Below, piece after piece: positions 18,972 to 29,582 of a DNA stretch of 64,000 nucleotides. Under the pieces are notes generated by a model. That model searched no databases, was not told the origin of the DNA, and saw only the letters and a program-made list of their open reading frames with translations. The position numbers and the translations under genes are program-made. The first letter of the stretch is position 1. Each line of letters begins with the position of its first letter. This stretch comes from Candidatus Vogelbacteria bacterium. Its GTDB lineage: Bacteria; Patescibacteriota; Minisyncoccia; Phycocordibacterales; XYD1-FULL-46-19. The stretch spans positions 9,867-73,866 of the forward strand of contig CAIPHT010000005.1 of assembly GCA_903864935.1 (NCBI GenBank). The letters are read 5' to 3'.

Positions 18972-20501
18972 TTATCTCGCGTAATCGATAACTCTTGTTT
19001 CTCTAATGACGGTAATTTTAATTTCGCCAGGATACTTGAGTTCTTGCTCAATTCGCAGAGCAATGTCTCGGGCAATTTTGCGAGCTTCGAGGTCATTAAC
19101 CTCTTCTGGGCGAATGAAGACGCGGATCTCACGACCGGCGGCAATAGCATAAGTTTTCTCAATACCTGAGAAAGAGTTGGCAATGTCTTCAAGGTCCTTC
19201 AAACGCTTAAGATAATTCTCTAGGCTGTCACGACGAGCGCCGGGGCGAGAACCGGAGATGGCGTCGGCCACCTTCACAATCACAGCCTCCAAGCTCTCAT
19301 AAGGATATTCTTCGTGGTGACTCTTCATAGCTGAGACAATCTTAGGGTCAGCACCAAATTTCTCTAAGATGCGCTTGCCAATCTCCACGTGAGTTCCAGG
19401 GATCTCGTGGTCGACGGCTTTGCCCAAGTCATGGAGGAGGGCTCCGGCCTTAGCGACTTGAACATCGGCTCCGAGCTCTTCAGCCAACATGCTGGCCAAG
19501 TGAGCCATCTCAATGGAGTGTTGGAGAACATTCTGACCGTAAGAGGTGCGGAAGTGGAGGCGACCTAAGATGATAAGAACACGAGGGTCAAGATTCAAGA
19601 CACCCACTTCATAAGCGGCCGACTCACCCTTCTCTTTAATAATTTTAGAAATTTCTTCGCGCGCCTTCTCAACTGTCTCTTCAATCTTGGCTGGCTGGAT
19701 ACGGCCATCGGCAATGAGGTTGGTGAGGGCAACTTTGGCAATCTGGCGACGCACTGGGTCGAAGGAGGAGAGGACAATTGAGCCTGGGGTGTCATCAATG
19801 ATAACTTCGACACCGGTTGCTTTCTCGAAGGCGCGGATATTACGTCCTTCTTTACCAATAATCTTGCCCTTTAAGTCATCGGAGGAGATATCAATGATTG
19901 TCGACATCGTCTCAGCGACCGTGGAGGTGGAGAGACGTTGGAGGACAGTGCTCATGGCCTCCTTAGCCTTCTGTTCTAGGCGTTCAGCTCCATCAATCTC
20001 AAATTTCTTAAGACGAGAGAGGATATCCTCTTCGTATTCGCGCTCAGTGACTTTAATTAATTCAGTCTTAGCCTCTTCAATAGAGAGGCGACCTACGCGC
20101 TCGAGCTCCTTCTTCTTAATTTCTTCAGCTTGAGCGAGACGCTCTTTAATCTCTTTAACCTCTTCGATTTTTTTCTTGATCTCTTCAGTTTCACGGTCAA
20201 TATCCCCCTGCCTCTTGTCGAGGAGCTCATCTTTGTTGAGGAGGCGGTCCTCCATCTTCTTGAGCTGGGTCTCTTTTTCTTCGGCCTTAAGCTTGGCTTC
20301 GTTGGTAATTTTGTTGGCTTCTTCTTCGGCCTCGGCGACAATTTTTTGAGCTTTGTCTTTGGCTTCGAGGAAGGCTTGCTTGACCTGCAACTCCATTGAC
20401 CCCTTCTGAGCGGAGAGAATAAGGTAACGCAAAAGATACCCAACGGCGATACCGAGGGCTCCAGCTGCTCCAGCGAGGAGGAATACTATTTTTAAACTCA
20501 T
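18972..20501 (-). CDS. rny: ribonuclease Y
   Basis: N-terminal TM, coiled coil, KH (GKIIGKEGRNIR), HD domain (LLHDLGKA). Confidence 0.96.
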   Translation of the reverse strand: MSLKIVFLLAGAAGALGIAVGYLLRYLILSAQKGSMELQVKQAFLEAKDKAQKIVAEAEEEANKITNEAKLKAEEKETQLKKMEDRLLNKDELLDKRQGDIDRETEEIKKKIEEVKEIKERLAQAEEIKKKELERVGRLSIEEAKTELIKVTEREYEEDILSRLKKFEIDGAERLEQKAKEAMSTVLQRLSTSTVAETMSTIIDISSDDLKGKIIGKEGRNIRAFEKATGVEVIIDDTPGSIVLSSFDPVRRQIAKVALTNLIADGRIQPAKIEETVEKAREEISKIIKEKGESAAYEVGVLNLDPRVLIILGRLHFRTSYGQNVLQHSIEMAHLASMLAEELGADVQVAKAGALLHDLGKAVDHEIPGTHVEIGKRILEKFGADPKIVSAMKSHHEEYPYESLEAVIVKVADAISGSRPGARRDSLENYLKRLKDLEDIANSFSGIEKTYAIAAGREIRVFIRPEEVNDLEARKIARDIALRIEQELKYPGEIKITVIRETRVIDYAR

Positions 20502-20737
20502 AAGCGTGCTGCCGCTCGGTATTTTTACACGGTAATTTTAGACAACGAAAGAGAAATCAAGGTTTTTGCCTTAACTTTAAGGGGATTTGAGATGGTAATT
20601 GATTTCTGGGCCATGACCGGTTAGAGACCAAACGGACTTTAGGTTAATGTTTCTAATAAATTTACAACCAATTTGATTTAATATCGAATGACTTAATGAT
20701 ACCACACCCCTCGTCAGACCTCAAGTCCCAAACTTGC

Positions 20738-20789
20738 TCAGTAAAACAACACAGAAAACCCCTCCAGCGAGGGGTTTTCTGTGTTGTTT
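20738..20789. repeat. hairpin repeat, also present at 53957-54000
   Basis: AAACAACACAGAAAACCCCTCCAGCGAGGGGTTTTCT is identical at both loci. Confidence 0.85.
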
Positions 20790-20809
20790 AGGCTAACAAG
20801 GTTGACGGC

Positions 20810-21394
20810 CTACTTTCCCTTGCTCTTAATTATCTCATCGATAATCCCGTATTTTTTGCCTTCTTCGGCCGAGAGATAGAAGTCGCGGTCGAGGTCTTTC
20901 TCGATTTGGGTCTCACTCTGTCCAGTGTTCTTTGCCATTATCTTAGTGAGGTTCTTCTTTGTCTTGATGATATGTTCCGCCGTGATTGCAATGTCGGAGG
21001 CTTGTCCCTCAGTTCCACCGAGTGGTTGGTGAATCATTATCTCGGCATTAGGGAGAGCCAAGCGCTTACCTTTAGCGCCAGAAGAGAGAACCCAAGCCCC
21101 ACCTGAGGCGGCCATGCCCACACAGACAGTGGAGACATCAGGCTTGATATAATTCATTGTATCTATAATAGCGAGGGTTGAAGTGACGGAACCTCCAGGG
21201 GAATTAACATAAAGAGTAATATCCTTAGAGCCATCTTCGGCTGCTAAGAAGAGGAGTTGAGCAATAATGATATTGGCGAGATTGTCATCAATAGCGCCAC
21301 CTAAGAAGACAATGCGGTCCTTCAAGAGGCGTGAATAGATATCGTAGGCGCGTTCGCCTTGAGGGGATTTCTCAATAACGGTTGGGATTAACAT
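20810..21394 (-). CDS. clpP: ATP-dependent Clp protease proteolytic subunit
   Basis: [28 protein letters not shown]. Confidence 0.97.
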   Translation of the reverse strand: MLIPTVIEKSPQGERAYDIYSRLLKDRIVFLGGAIDDNLANIIIAQLLFLAAEDGSKDITLYVNSPGGSVTSTLAIIDTMNYIKPDVSTVCVGMAASGGAWVLSSGAKGKRLALPNAEIMIHQPLGGTEGQASDIAITAEHIIKTKKNLTKIMAKNTGQSETQIEKDLDRDFYLSAEEGKKYGIIDEIIKSKGK

Positions 21395-21460
21395 ATTGAA
21401 TAGTATTAAGTAATAAGTAGTAAATAATAAGTTAGATTAAAGCATAAAAAAGACAGATAA

Positions 21461-22216
21461 TCAATTTTGCCAATTTGAGTTCTGGTCGAGAAGTTTCCAG
21501 AGTAAATCAAATTTGTCTCGTTCATCAGAGGCAATATCATCGCTCTCTATGACTATTGTTATTAAATCCTTTTGGCTCGAGGTAATAACTACCTTATTCT
21601 CATAAATCAACATCGCCGTTTTTAACTTATAGTCCTTAGGCAAGAAACGCATTTCTCTTCGCTCCGAGTTATTCATTTTTTTGAATCCGACGCTTGTGTC
21701 GTCGGTGTAGATAGCCCTTATCGAGATATGCCTTTTGACTCTAGTCGGGATATAGTGTTCGAGATCATATTTTTCGCCAACAATGTGGTGGAGCTCTGTG
21801 AGTGATCCAATGTGCCTGAGGGTGATATGGGGCTTTTTAAGCGAATCTTCACAGGCTGTTATGTAACCCTCGCGACCTTCATAATAAGTAATCTTCGGTT
21901 TCTTGTCGGCATTGTTGGCAATTGCCCTCAATTCGGGGATTATTTTTTTTAGATCACCTAAATCTTTCTCGGTTTTAATAAGAAGGGCTTCTGGCTTGGT
22001 GGCGACGAACTTCATCCCACTTTTCATCTTGAAGCTACCCATTAAGCCCCTCTGCTCTAGAGATTTGAAGGTCATATAAGCGGTAGTCTTCTTTAGTTCA
22101 GCCTTTTTGGCCAAATCTGTGATCCCAGAGTCACCCAATTGAAGGGCGGCCATATATAGGGATATCTCTTTATCGGAGAGCCCCATTGATTTTAGAGTTT
22201 GCTGTGCTTCTCTCAT
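21461..22216 (-). CDS. TrmB-family transcriptional regulator
   Basis: MGLSDKEISLY...KKTTAY, YYEG, IYENKV. Confidence 0.85.
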   Translation of the reverse strand: MREAQQTLKSMGLSDKEISLYMAALQLGDSGITDLAKKAELKKTTAYMTFKSLEQRGLMGSFKMKSGMKFVATKPEALLIKTEKDLGDLKKIIPELRAIANNADKKPKITYYEGREGYITACEDSLKKPHITLRHIGSLTELHHIVGEKYDLEHYIPTRVKRHISIRAIYTDDTSVGFKKMNNSERREMRFLPKDYKLKTAMLIYENKVVITSSQKDLITIVIESDDIASDERDKFDLLWKLLDQNSNWQN

Positions 22217-22437
22217 TGGGTGTTTTTATTAAAAACGTCGTCTTTTATGACGTCATCATAACACGGTACATAAAATAGTACAAATCTCTTTAATTAGCAA
22301 CATATTTAAGATATTAGAAAATGTCTACTTCCTTTAAATCTAGACATATTTTTTGACCATATCTCAATACTACGACACAATTAAGATATATTATCAAGAG
22401 TTTAATAGTCGTCAGTGCCATTAATTGCTTATAGAAT

Positions 22438-23544
22438 ATGTCTAAATTAACAAAGTGGGTGCTCGGGATCATTGTTCTGGTTTTTGTTGTAGGGGGAATC
22501 TGGTTTTCCTCAAAAGGGGCTTTAGTTTTATCTGATAACGGCCCGATTAAAATTGGTTTTATCTCGGCCTTGTCAGGGGACGGTGCTCTTTGGGGTCAGA
22601 ATGTGAGGACCGGTTTTGACTTTGCCCTAAAGGAGATTAATGATAAGGGTGGAGTAAATGGAAGAAAAATCGAAGTCTATTACGATGATGACAAATGTGA
22701 TGCCACGGCTGGTGTCACGGCCTTCAATAAGGCCGTTGATATTGATAAGTTAAAAATTATAACGGGGTCGGTCTGTTCATCGGTCGCCATGTCTGTTGCC
22801 AAGAAAACTCAAGATAATGACGTTCTTTATATCGCCTCCGGAGCTACCAATCCAGATGTTCCCAAGCAGGGAGATTTAGTCTTCCGCCTTTGGGTATCTG
22901 ACGCTTATGAAGCTAAGGCTATCGCCAACTATGCGACCAAGACATTGGGGTTGAAGAGCTTCGCTATTGCTCATATGAATGACAATCCCGCTGGTCTGGC
23001 TCTAAGAGATGAGTTTAAGACTGTGGCCGTAGCTAATGGTGGTGAAATTAAGGGAATTGAGAGTTTCTCTTCTAAGGAGAGAGATTATAAAACTTCTCTA
23101 ATTAAGTTGATGGCTAGCAAGCCAGATGCTCTCTATCTTGTTACCTTGCCAGAGTCAATGCCGATTATTATTAATCAAGCTCGGGTCCTCGGGTATAAAG
23201 GGGTTATTCTTGCTTATAGCCCGGCTATAGTGGCTGATGGTGTTATCTCTAAGATAAAGAATAAAGATAATCTCTACTACTCGACCCCGATTGAGAAAAA
23301 GGAGACAAATTTCTGGTCTGATTATCGTTCGTCAACCGGGAAAGAGGCTGACATGCTTACCGCTTTGGGCTATGACAGTATGAAGGTTATCGAAGCTGGC
23401 CTCCTAAAGTGTGGGGAAGACAATCAGTGTATAAAAAATTATCTACTTAATCTCAAGGATTACCAAAGTTCAAGAGGAAAATTAAACTTTGACCAGTATG
23501 GGGATTTAACCAACATTGAGTTCAATACGATTAAGGTTAAATAA
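22438..23544 (+). CDS. ABC transporter substrate-binding protein (LivJ/LivK-like)
   Basis: PIKIGFISALSG, INDKGGVNGRKIE, DDKCD, GSVCS, GYDS. Confidence 0.88.
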   Translation: MSKLTKWVLGIIVLVFVVGGIWFSSKGALVLSDNGPIKIGFISALSGDGALWGQNVRTGFDFALKEINDKGGVNGRKIEVYYDDDKCDATAGVTAFNKAVDIDKLKIITGSVCSSVAMSVAKKTQDNDVLYIASGATNPDVPKQGDLVFRLWVSDAYEAKAIANYATKTLGLKSFAIAHMNDNPAGLALRDEFKTVAVANGGEIKGIESFSSKERDYKTSLIKLMASKPDALYLVTLPESMPIIINQARVLGYKGVILAYSPAIVADGVISKIKNKDNLYYSTPIEKKETNFWSDYRSSTGKEADMLTALGYDSMKVIEAGLLKCGEDNQCIKNYLLNLKDYQSSRGKLNFDQYGDLTNIEFNTIKVK

Positions 23545-23617
23545 AAATTCTTGTGGCTTAACAAAGAACCCCCCCCACGCGACAATTGGTCGCGTGGGGG
23601 GGGTCTTGTTTCTCCTT

Positions 23618-24718
23618 TTACTTTAATCCTTCAAGAAATTCAAAAACTTTTTCGTTTACAATTAGACCGGCGGCGTAGGAGCGAAGGCGGTCTTCGGGGA
23701 CATCTTTATATTGATTCTTGAGATAATCTACTTCGTTCTTTAATTCATCTTCAGGTGCAGTGATTCCTTCTAAGTGGGCGATCTCGTTTAAGATGAGACC
23801 GAAGGCGACACGCTCACGGGCTTGCTTCTCCCAGGAGTCGCGCAATTCCTCACGAGTTTTCTTAAGATGAGTGAGATAATCTTCGAAGTCCATACCCATA
23901 TAGCCAATTTGCCCTTCCATCTCGGCCAGCATCTTGTCTTTCTCGTTCTCGATGAAGACTTTCGCCATCTTGATCTCAGACTTGGCAATCACGCCCTCGA
24001 TAATCCCAACTCGTCTCTTGTCCTTGGCTTTATTAGCCTTCTCGAGAGCCAGATTTTCTTTAATTTTGGCTTTTAGCTCATCAAGAGTCTCAAATTGGCC
24101 GAGACTTTTGGCAAAATCATCATTAAGCTCGATTTCATGTCCCGCTTCCGCAGAATGCTCCGGCGAGGCGAGGTCACATTTCTCGCCCTCTTTGTGCTCG
24201 TGGTGGCTATGCTCGGCGCTCGAACGGCTTTTGCGTAATTCTTCGAGGACGTTGGTAATTTCTTCTTCTTTGACGGCCAAAGGCGAGTCCTCAAGTGAGC
24301 CCGAGGTCTCTCCTTGGGTCGTCACGGTGTTCTTGGCAATCGCTTTATAATCCCCAATTTTTACCTCCGGCATAATAGCGGTATTGATCTTGAAGCCGAG
24401 CGGGTTGCCGGGAGCGAGCTTGGTAATAGTAATCTCGGGGCGGCCAAGCGCCATAATTTTATTGTCGGTAATTATCTGCAAGTACATCTCGGAGATTGCC
24501 TGCTGAGCCATTTCCCAGAGAATTTTTTCTTCACCCAACTTCTCAACAAGAACGTTCTCGGGGATGTGGCCAGGGCGGAAGCCGTCTAACTTAGCATCTT
24601 GGCCCAGAGTTTTGAGGGCTTTCTCTCGATAGGGGGCAAATTCGGTGACGGCTAATTCGCCAGTGATTTCGAGTTCACCTTCTTCAGCCGGATTTATTTT
24701 AAGATCGGTAATTGTCAT
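23618..24718 (-). CDS. tig: trigger factor (PPIase domain apparently reduced)
   Basis: DGFRPGHIP ribosome-binding motif, ELNDDFAK; directly upstream of clpP apart from an insert. Confidence 0.9.
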   Translation of the reverse strand: MTITDLKINPAEEGELEITGELAVTEFAPYREKALKTLGQDAKLDGFRPGHIPENVLVEKLGEEKILWEMAQQAISEMYLQIITDNKIMALGRPEITITKLAPGNPLGFKINTAIMPEVKIGDYKAIAKNTVTTQGETSGSLEDSPLAVKEEEITNVLEELRKSRSSAEHSHHEHKEGEKCDLASPEHSAEAGHEIELNDDFAKSLGQFETLDELKAKIKENLALEKANKAKDKRRVGIIEGVIAKSEIKMAKVFIENEKDKMLAEMEGQIGYMGMDFEDYLTHLKKTREELRDSWEKQARERVAFGLILNEIAHLEGITAPEDELKNEVDYLKNQYKDVPEDRLRSYAAGLIVNEKVFEFLEGLK

Positions 24719-24726
24719 AGACTATA

Positions 24727-24879
24727 TTATTGGATTGGTAATTCCTGAGTGGTTGTGGCGGTCTGGTCAGTAGAACTTTGGTTATAGAGTTGGCCGAAGA
24801 CGAGATACCAACCACCAAAGAAGATGGCCACGACGAGGAGAGCAATAATGACGGCGATATTTGTGTGTTCTTTGTCCAT
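24727..24879 (-). CDS. small single-TM protein (50 aa)
   Basis: MDKEHTNIAVIIALLVVAIFFGGWYLVFG..., fills the nusA-tig gap. Confidence 0.55.
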   Translation of the reverse strand: MDKEHTNIAVIIALLVVAIFFGGWYLVFGQLYNQSSTDQTATTTQELPIQ

Positions 24880-24881
24880 AT

Positions 24882-26009
24882 TTAATTTGGGGTTTCTTCC
24901 TCTTCTTCACTTTCTTCGACTTCAGGAGAGCTAATGTCGATCTTCCAGCCGGTTAATTTGGCCGCGAGACGAGCATTTTGCCCACCTTTACCAACCGCGA
25001 GAGAGAATTGGTCGGCATCCACTTCAATTTGGGCCTCCTTATTTTCCTCATCAAGAGAGAGGCTGTTGACCTTAGCTGGAGAAAGGGCGTTGGCGATGAA
25101 GGTCTCTGGAGCCTCGGACCATTCAATTATATCAATTTTCTCACCCCCAAGCTCGTTGATGACGGCTGTGACACGAGCACCTCGTTGACCGACACAAGAA
25201 CCCACCGGGTCAATGTTGGGAGCATTAGAAGCAACGGCGACCTTAGAACGAGAACCGGCTTCACGAGCGACGGCCTTGATTTCTACTACCCCGCTAGCAA
25301 TTTCTGGAGCTTCGGCGGAGAAGAGGAGTTCAACAAATTTAGGATGAGAACGGGATAGGCGAAGGTTGATACCACGGGGGGTCTCTTCTACTTGATAGAG
25401 ATAAGCGCGAATACGCTCACCGGGGCGATAGAATTCGCCTGGGATTTGGTCGTCACGCAAGAGGACACCAACGGCGCGACCGAGGTCGACGAAGACTGTC
25501 CCACGATCTACCTTCTGAACTGAACCGCTCAAAATAACACCAACTTGGTCTTGGTATTCGCCTAGAGTGCTTTCTTTCTCGGCTTCGCGGAGACGTTGGA
25601 TAATAACTTGTTTGGCTGTCTGAGCAGCGATACGGCCATAATCATCCTTAGTTTCTAATGGGAAGACGACTTCGTCCCCAACTTGAGAATCTTTTTTAAT
25701 TTTCTTGGCGTCTTCTAAGGTAATGTGGTGCTCAGAATTGAATTTTGGACGCTCATCATCATCGTCCTCTCTCTCTTCATCATCCATGCGAGCGGTAGTG
25801 GCGTCGGCCACAATTTTGACCTGATAGAAGCTGGTGACACCGGTCTCGAGGTCGAATTTGGCCCTAATAATCTGGCCTTTTTTGCCATAGTCCTTCTTAT
25901 AGGCAGCAACAAGAGAATCCTCAATGGCCGTGAGGATTTTCTCTTTAGGAATGTGACGCTCCTCTTCCATTTGGTCGAGGCCGGCGCGTAGAGCTTTAAG
26001 ATCAATCAT
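24882..26009 (-). CDS. nusA: transcription termination/antitermination factor NusA
   Basis: GRIAAQTAKQV, AREAGSRSKVAV, GKGGQNARLAAKLTGWKIDI. Confidence 0.97.
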   Translation of the reverse strand: MIDLKALRAGLDQMEEERHIPKEKILTAIEDSLVAAYKKDYGKKGQIIRAKFDLETGVTSFYQVKIVADATTARMDDEEREDDDDERPKFNSEHHITLEDAKKIKKDSQVGDEVVFPLETKDDYGRIAAQTAKQVIIQRLREAEKESTLGEYQDQVGVILSGSVQKVDRGTVFVDLGRAVGVLLRDDQIPGEFYRPGERIRAYLYQVEETPRGINLRLSRSHPKFVELLFSAEAPEIASGVVEIKAVAREAGSRSKVAVASNAPNIDPVGSCVGQRGARVTAVINELGGEKIDIIEWSEAPETFIANALSPAKVNSLSLDEENKEAQIEVDADQFSLAVGKGGQNARLAAKLTGWKIDISSPEVEESEEEEETPN

Positions 26010-26161
26010 AATTTATTTATTATCTTTTAAAAAAAATGGTCCGTTGGGACACAACAGACGACTGATATAATAATAATACTTTTAGGTAATATGTCAAACT
26101 TATCAACAGTTTCTACTCTAACTGATTGTCCTTCTCTTAATTTCTGCGATATAATTAAATT

Positions 26162-26443
26162 ATGGAATTTTCCCAACCAAATTTTCCTGTGGTCAATAAC
26201 CCAGGCAAGCGACATCTTGGTTTGATTGTGTCTATGGTTGTTGTTTTGGTTGTGGCCGTGATTCTTCTTATACTATTGAATGGTAAGGCAAGCTTACCTG
26301 AATCTTCCCCAGCAATTTCTTCTGAAACTTCTCTCACAGAAGAACAACAAACAATAATGACGCAGAATCTGAGCCAAAAAGTTGAACCTTTAACTTCCTC
26401 ACAAAAAAATAATATGGCCAAGAATTTGGGAGCTGTTCAATAA
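26162..26443 (+). CDS. hypothetical membrane-anchored protein
   Basis: Single N-terminal TM. Confidence 0.6.
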   Translation: MEFSQPNFPVVNNPGKRHLGLIVSMVVVLVVAVILLILLNGKASLPESSPAISSETSLTEEQQTIMTQNLSQKVEPLTSSQKNNMAKNLGAVQ

Positions 26444-26482
26444 ATATTAAGTCAAAATTTATTATTAACTATTTTAAAAAAA

Positions 26483-27721
26483 ATGTTTACAAAAAATATT
26501 AATCTGCTCCTTTTGATCCTCATCATCGCTCTCTTCCTCATCGTCGGTCAGAATGTTTTTGCTGCCACTGTCGAGCAAAATTATCCTTGGACCGCGCCAC
26601 AGAGCACCCCTCCTGATTGTTATCCTAGTAAAGATGGCCTTGGCTGTTTCTCTCCTGTGAATGTTGGCAATGTCCTTCAAATTAAAGCTGGGAGCCTTGG
26701 TTTGGGTGGTGATTTGGGCTTGACTCCTGATAAAGCCGTTGATTTTGCTTCAACCTTAGCGATGCCGGGAGAGCGTGCTAATTATGCTGGTCGCATTGCC
26801 TATAAGAAGAGTTACGATTTGGATTGGAACGGTGTCGCTCCTTATACCGAGGTCCATACCGGAGTGCTTCGTAGTCTCCTGAACATTATTGGTGGCGGGA
26901 TGAGAGAAGGTGACCGCTTGGTGAAGATTTGGGATAATCTTGATGTGGTAGGGACAACAACGACCGGCAGTCTCTATGCTCAAAATTACTATGTTTGTAA
27001 TAGCTCGGGAGCTTGTAGTCCACTTACTACCTCTTCTGGCTCAACCAATTTTTGGACGGCTCTTGGTACAGATGCTATTACCAGCGCTCGTCGCGTTTTT
27101 GTGAATAGTAGTTCTGAAGTTTCTGGAGCTGGTGGTTCTACTTTTCAGGTTAAATTAGCAAATTCAGTTAACAATGGTTTGGCTTTTCAAACAGCTGATG
27201 GCTCTAAGACTTGGCGTTTTATCTTCGGTCGGGCTAATGTTGCTGGGGACACTAATCCTGGAGGTTTTAGTATCTACAACGGTATTTCCAATGTTTTCAA
27301 TATCAAGGACCCTAATTCTAACTCACACAATGCCAGTAACGTTGTTATAACGAGCGGTCTGGTTTTGAGTAATGGTCTGTTAAATAAGGGTGAGCCAGAA
27401 GCAGCCGCCGGAGAGTTGTGTTTAGGTGGGGTGTGTAAAAATGCTTGGCCTTCAGCCTCTGCTCCCGTGGTGAAGAGATGTGTCTATTATTTAGATGGGA
27501 GGGCAAATCAGGCCGCAGATTGTCCTGCTCCTAGCTATTCTGCTTCTTCTGACTCTGGCACGATGTATTGTCCTGCTGGTTATACTGTCATGAGTGGTGG
27601 GGTCGCTTGTTCCAAGGGCAATAGAATTGAATCGAGTGTTCTTACCTCAACAAATTCTTGGTTTGTTAATTGCCAGAATTCAATCGTGAGCGCCTCAATT
27701 TCTTGCCTCAAGACTAATTAG
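26483..27721 (+). CDS. secreted beta-rich protein with Cys-rich C-terminus (possible pilus accessory or adhesin)
   Basis: Signal peptide; LCLGGVCKNAWP, CPAGYTVMSGGVAC; upstream of pilB. Confidence 0.6.
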   Translation: MFTKNINLLLLILIIALFLIVGQNVFAATVEQNYPWTAPQSTPPDCYPSKDGLGCFSPVNVGNVLQIKAGSLGLGGDLGLTPDKAVDFASTLAMPGERANYAGRIAYKKSYDLDWNGVAPYTEVHTGVLRSLLNIIGGGMREGDRLVKIWDNLDVVGTTTTGSLYAQNYYVCNSSGACSPLTTSSGSTNFWTALGTDAITSARRVFVNSSSEVSGAGGSTFQVKLANSVNNGLAFQTADGSKTWRFIFGRANVAGDTNPGGFSIYNGISNVFNIKDPNSNSHNASNVVITSGLVLSNGLLNKGEPEAAAGELCLGGVCKNAWPSASAPVVKRCVYYLDGRANQAADCPAPSYSASSDSGTMYCPAGYTVMSGGVACSKGNRIESSVLTSTNSWFVNCQNSIVSASISCLKTN

Positions 27722-27815
27722 AGAGTAAAAATTTATCAAAACAAAAAAGAGCGGACTTATCCGCTCTTTTTTGTTGGGAATAAAAAATATTTGCGTTATA
27801 ATTTAGGTAAAGTTT

Positions 27816-29576
27816 ATGCTAGTTAGTTTGGAAAGTTTAAAAAATTTTTTGATCGACGCGCGTCTCATCACGTTGCGAGATTTTGATGCGGTGATGACCG
27901 AAGCGGGAGGAGATTCTCGCCGGGCGGAGGACTTACTTTTGAGCAAGGGACTCTTGACCGAGGACGATCTGCGTCGAGCCAAGTCTTATATTTTGGGCAT
28001 CCCTTTTGTGAATTTGAGCAAAGAGCGCATCCCTAAAGAAGTTCTCTTTTTAATTCCTGAGCCAATTGCTCGTAAGCACAATATTGTCGCTTACAAGAAA
28101 GGGACCGATACACTTGAGGTGGCTATGCTTGACCCGCTTGATCTGGAGTCAATTGATTTTGTGAAGAAGGGGACGGGGCTTAAGATTTTGCCTCGTTTAA
28201 CCGACAATGAGTCGATCAAGAGCATCTTGGTTCAATACCAGAAGAGTCTTAAGGCGGAGTTCGGCGATTTGATCCAGAAGGAGTCTCTTGCGATTAAGAA
28301 TCAGGCCAGCGGTGCTCCTCTTGAGGAGCCAACGGGTGATGATCTTAAGAAATTGGCCGAGGGGTTGCCGGTGGTGCGTATTGTCGATTCGCTCTTAGAG
28401 CATGCCATTATGCAGAAGGCCTCGGATATTCATATTGAACCATTCGAGAATGAATTGGTTATTCGTTATCGTATTGATGGAGTTTTGCATGATGCGATGA
28501 TTTTGCCTAAGGAGACGGCCTCGGGAATTGTCGCTCGTATTAAAGTCTTGGCCAATTTGCGCTTGGATGAGAAACGTTTGCCTCAAGATGGACGTTTCAA
28601 GACAACGAGCCATGGGGCCAACGTTTCTTATCGTGTCTCGACTTTGCCAATTCAATTTGGTGAGAAGGTGGTGATGCGTCTTCTCCCCGACTCTGTCCAT
28701 GGTCTGACTCTTGAGTCTGTCGGCTTCCATGGTGAAGGCTTAGAGAAAATTCAGAAAGCAATTCAGCGCACAACAGGTATGCTCTTAGTGACGGGGCCAA
28801 CTGGTTCGGGTAAGTCTACCACTCTTTATGCGCTCTTAGATATTCTTAATACCCCAGATGTTAATATCTCTACGGTTGAGGATCCGGTCGAGTATCAGAT
28901 CAAACGCGTTAATCAAACACAGGTTCGTCCGGATATTGGTCTGACCTTTGCCAGTGGTTTGCGTACCCTTGTTCGCCAGGACCCGGACATCATTATGGTG
29001 GGGGAAATTCGCGATCAAGAGACGGCGAGTCTTGCGATTAACGCTTCTCTTACTGGTCACTTGGTGCTCTCGACTCTCCATACCAACTCGGCGGCGGGGA
29101 CTATCCCACGCTTGCTTGATCTTGGGGCCGAGGCTTTCTTGCTTGTCTCAACGGTTGAGGTTATCGTCGCTCAGCGTTTGGTGCGTAAGCTCTGTGAACC
29201 GAAGGAGCCTTATGTTATGACCGAGGCAGAGCTCAAGTCTTTTGGTGAGAAGGCCGACCTGCCTAAGGTTCTCGCCTGTTTAAAAAAAGAAAATATTATT
29301 AAAGAGACAGATGATTGGGCTAACATTACTTTCTACCGTCCCAAAGAATTACCAGAATCGGCTCACCCCGATGGTTATGCTGGCCGCTTGGCTATTGTTG
29401 AGGTCTTGACCATGTCACGCATCTTAAGAGAGATGATTATTAAGAATGCTACCGCCGATGATCTTAATATCGAGGCTCGTAAGGAGGGGATGCTTACTAT
29501 GCTTGAGGACGGGCTCTTCAAGGCGGCGCAGGGTTTAACTTCGGTCGAAGAGATTTTGCGGGCGGTGACAGAATAA
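27816..29576 (+). CDS. pilB: type IV pilus assembly ATPase (PilB/GspE)
   Basis: ASDIHIEP, RLPQDGRF, GPTGSGKST, RQDPDIIMVGEIRD, LSTLHTN. Confidence 0.93.
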   Translation: MLVSLESLKNFLIDARLITLRDFDAVMTEAGGDSRRAEDLLLSKGLLTEDDLRRAKSYILGIPFVNLSKERIPKEVLFLIPEPIARKHNIVAYKKGTDTLEVAMLDPLDLESIDFVKKGTGLKILPRLTDNESIKSILVQYQKSLKAEFGDLIQKESLAIKNQASGAPLEEPTGDDLKKLAEGLPVVRIVDSLLEHAIMQKASDIHIEPFENELVIRYRIDGVLHDAMILPKETASGIVARIKVLANLRLDEKRLPQDGRFKTTSHGANVSYRVSTLPIQFGEKVVMRLLPDSVHGLTLESVGFHGEGLEKIQKAIQRTTGMLLVTGPTGSGKSTTLYALLDILNTPDVNISTVEDPVEYQIKRVNQTQVRPDIGLTFASGLRTLVRQDPDIIMVGEIRDQETASLAINASLTGHLVLSTLHTNSAAGTIPRLLDLGAEAFLLVSTVEVIVAQRLVRKLCEPKEPYVMTEAELKSFGEKADLPKVLACLKKENIIKETDDWANITFYRPKELPESAHPDGYAGRLAIVEVLTMSRILREMIIKNATADDLNIEARKEGMLTMLEDGLFKAAQGLTSVEEILRAVTE

Positions 29577-29582
29577 ATTTAA

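Noticed and set aside
26483-27721. Shufflon or diversity-generating retroelement target
   Set aside because: No invertase, reverse transcriptase, alternative C-terminal cassettes or template repeat in the window.
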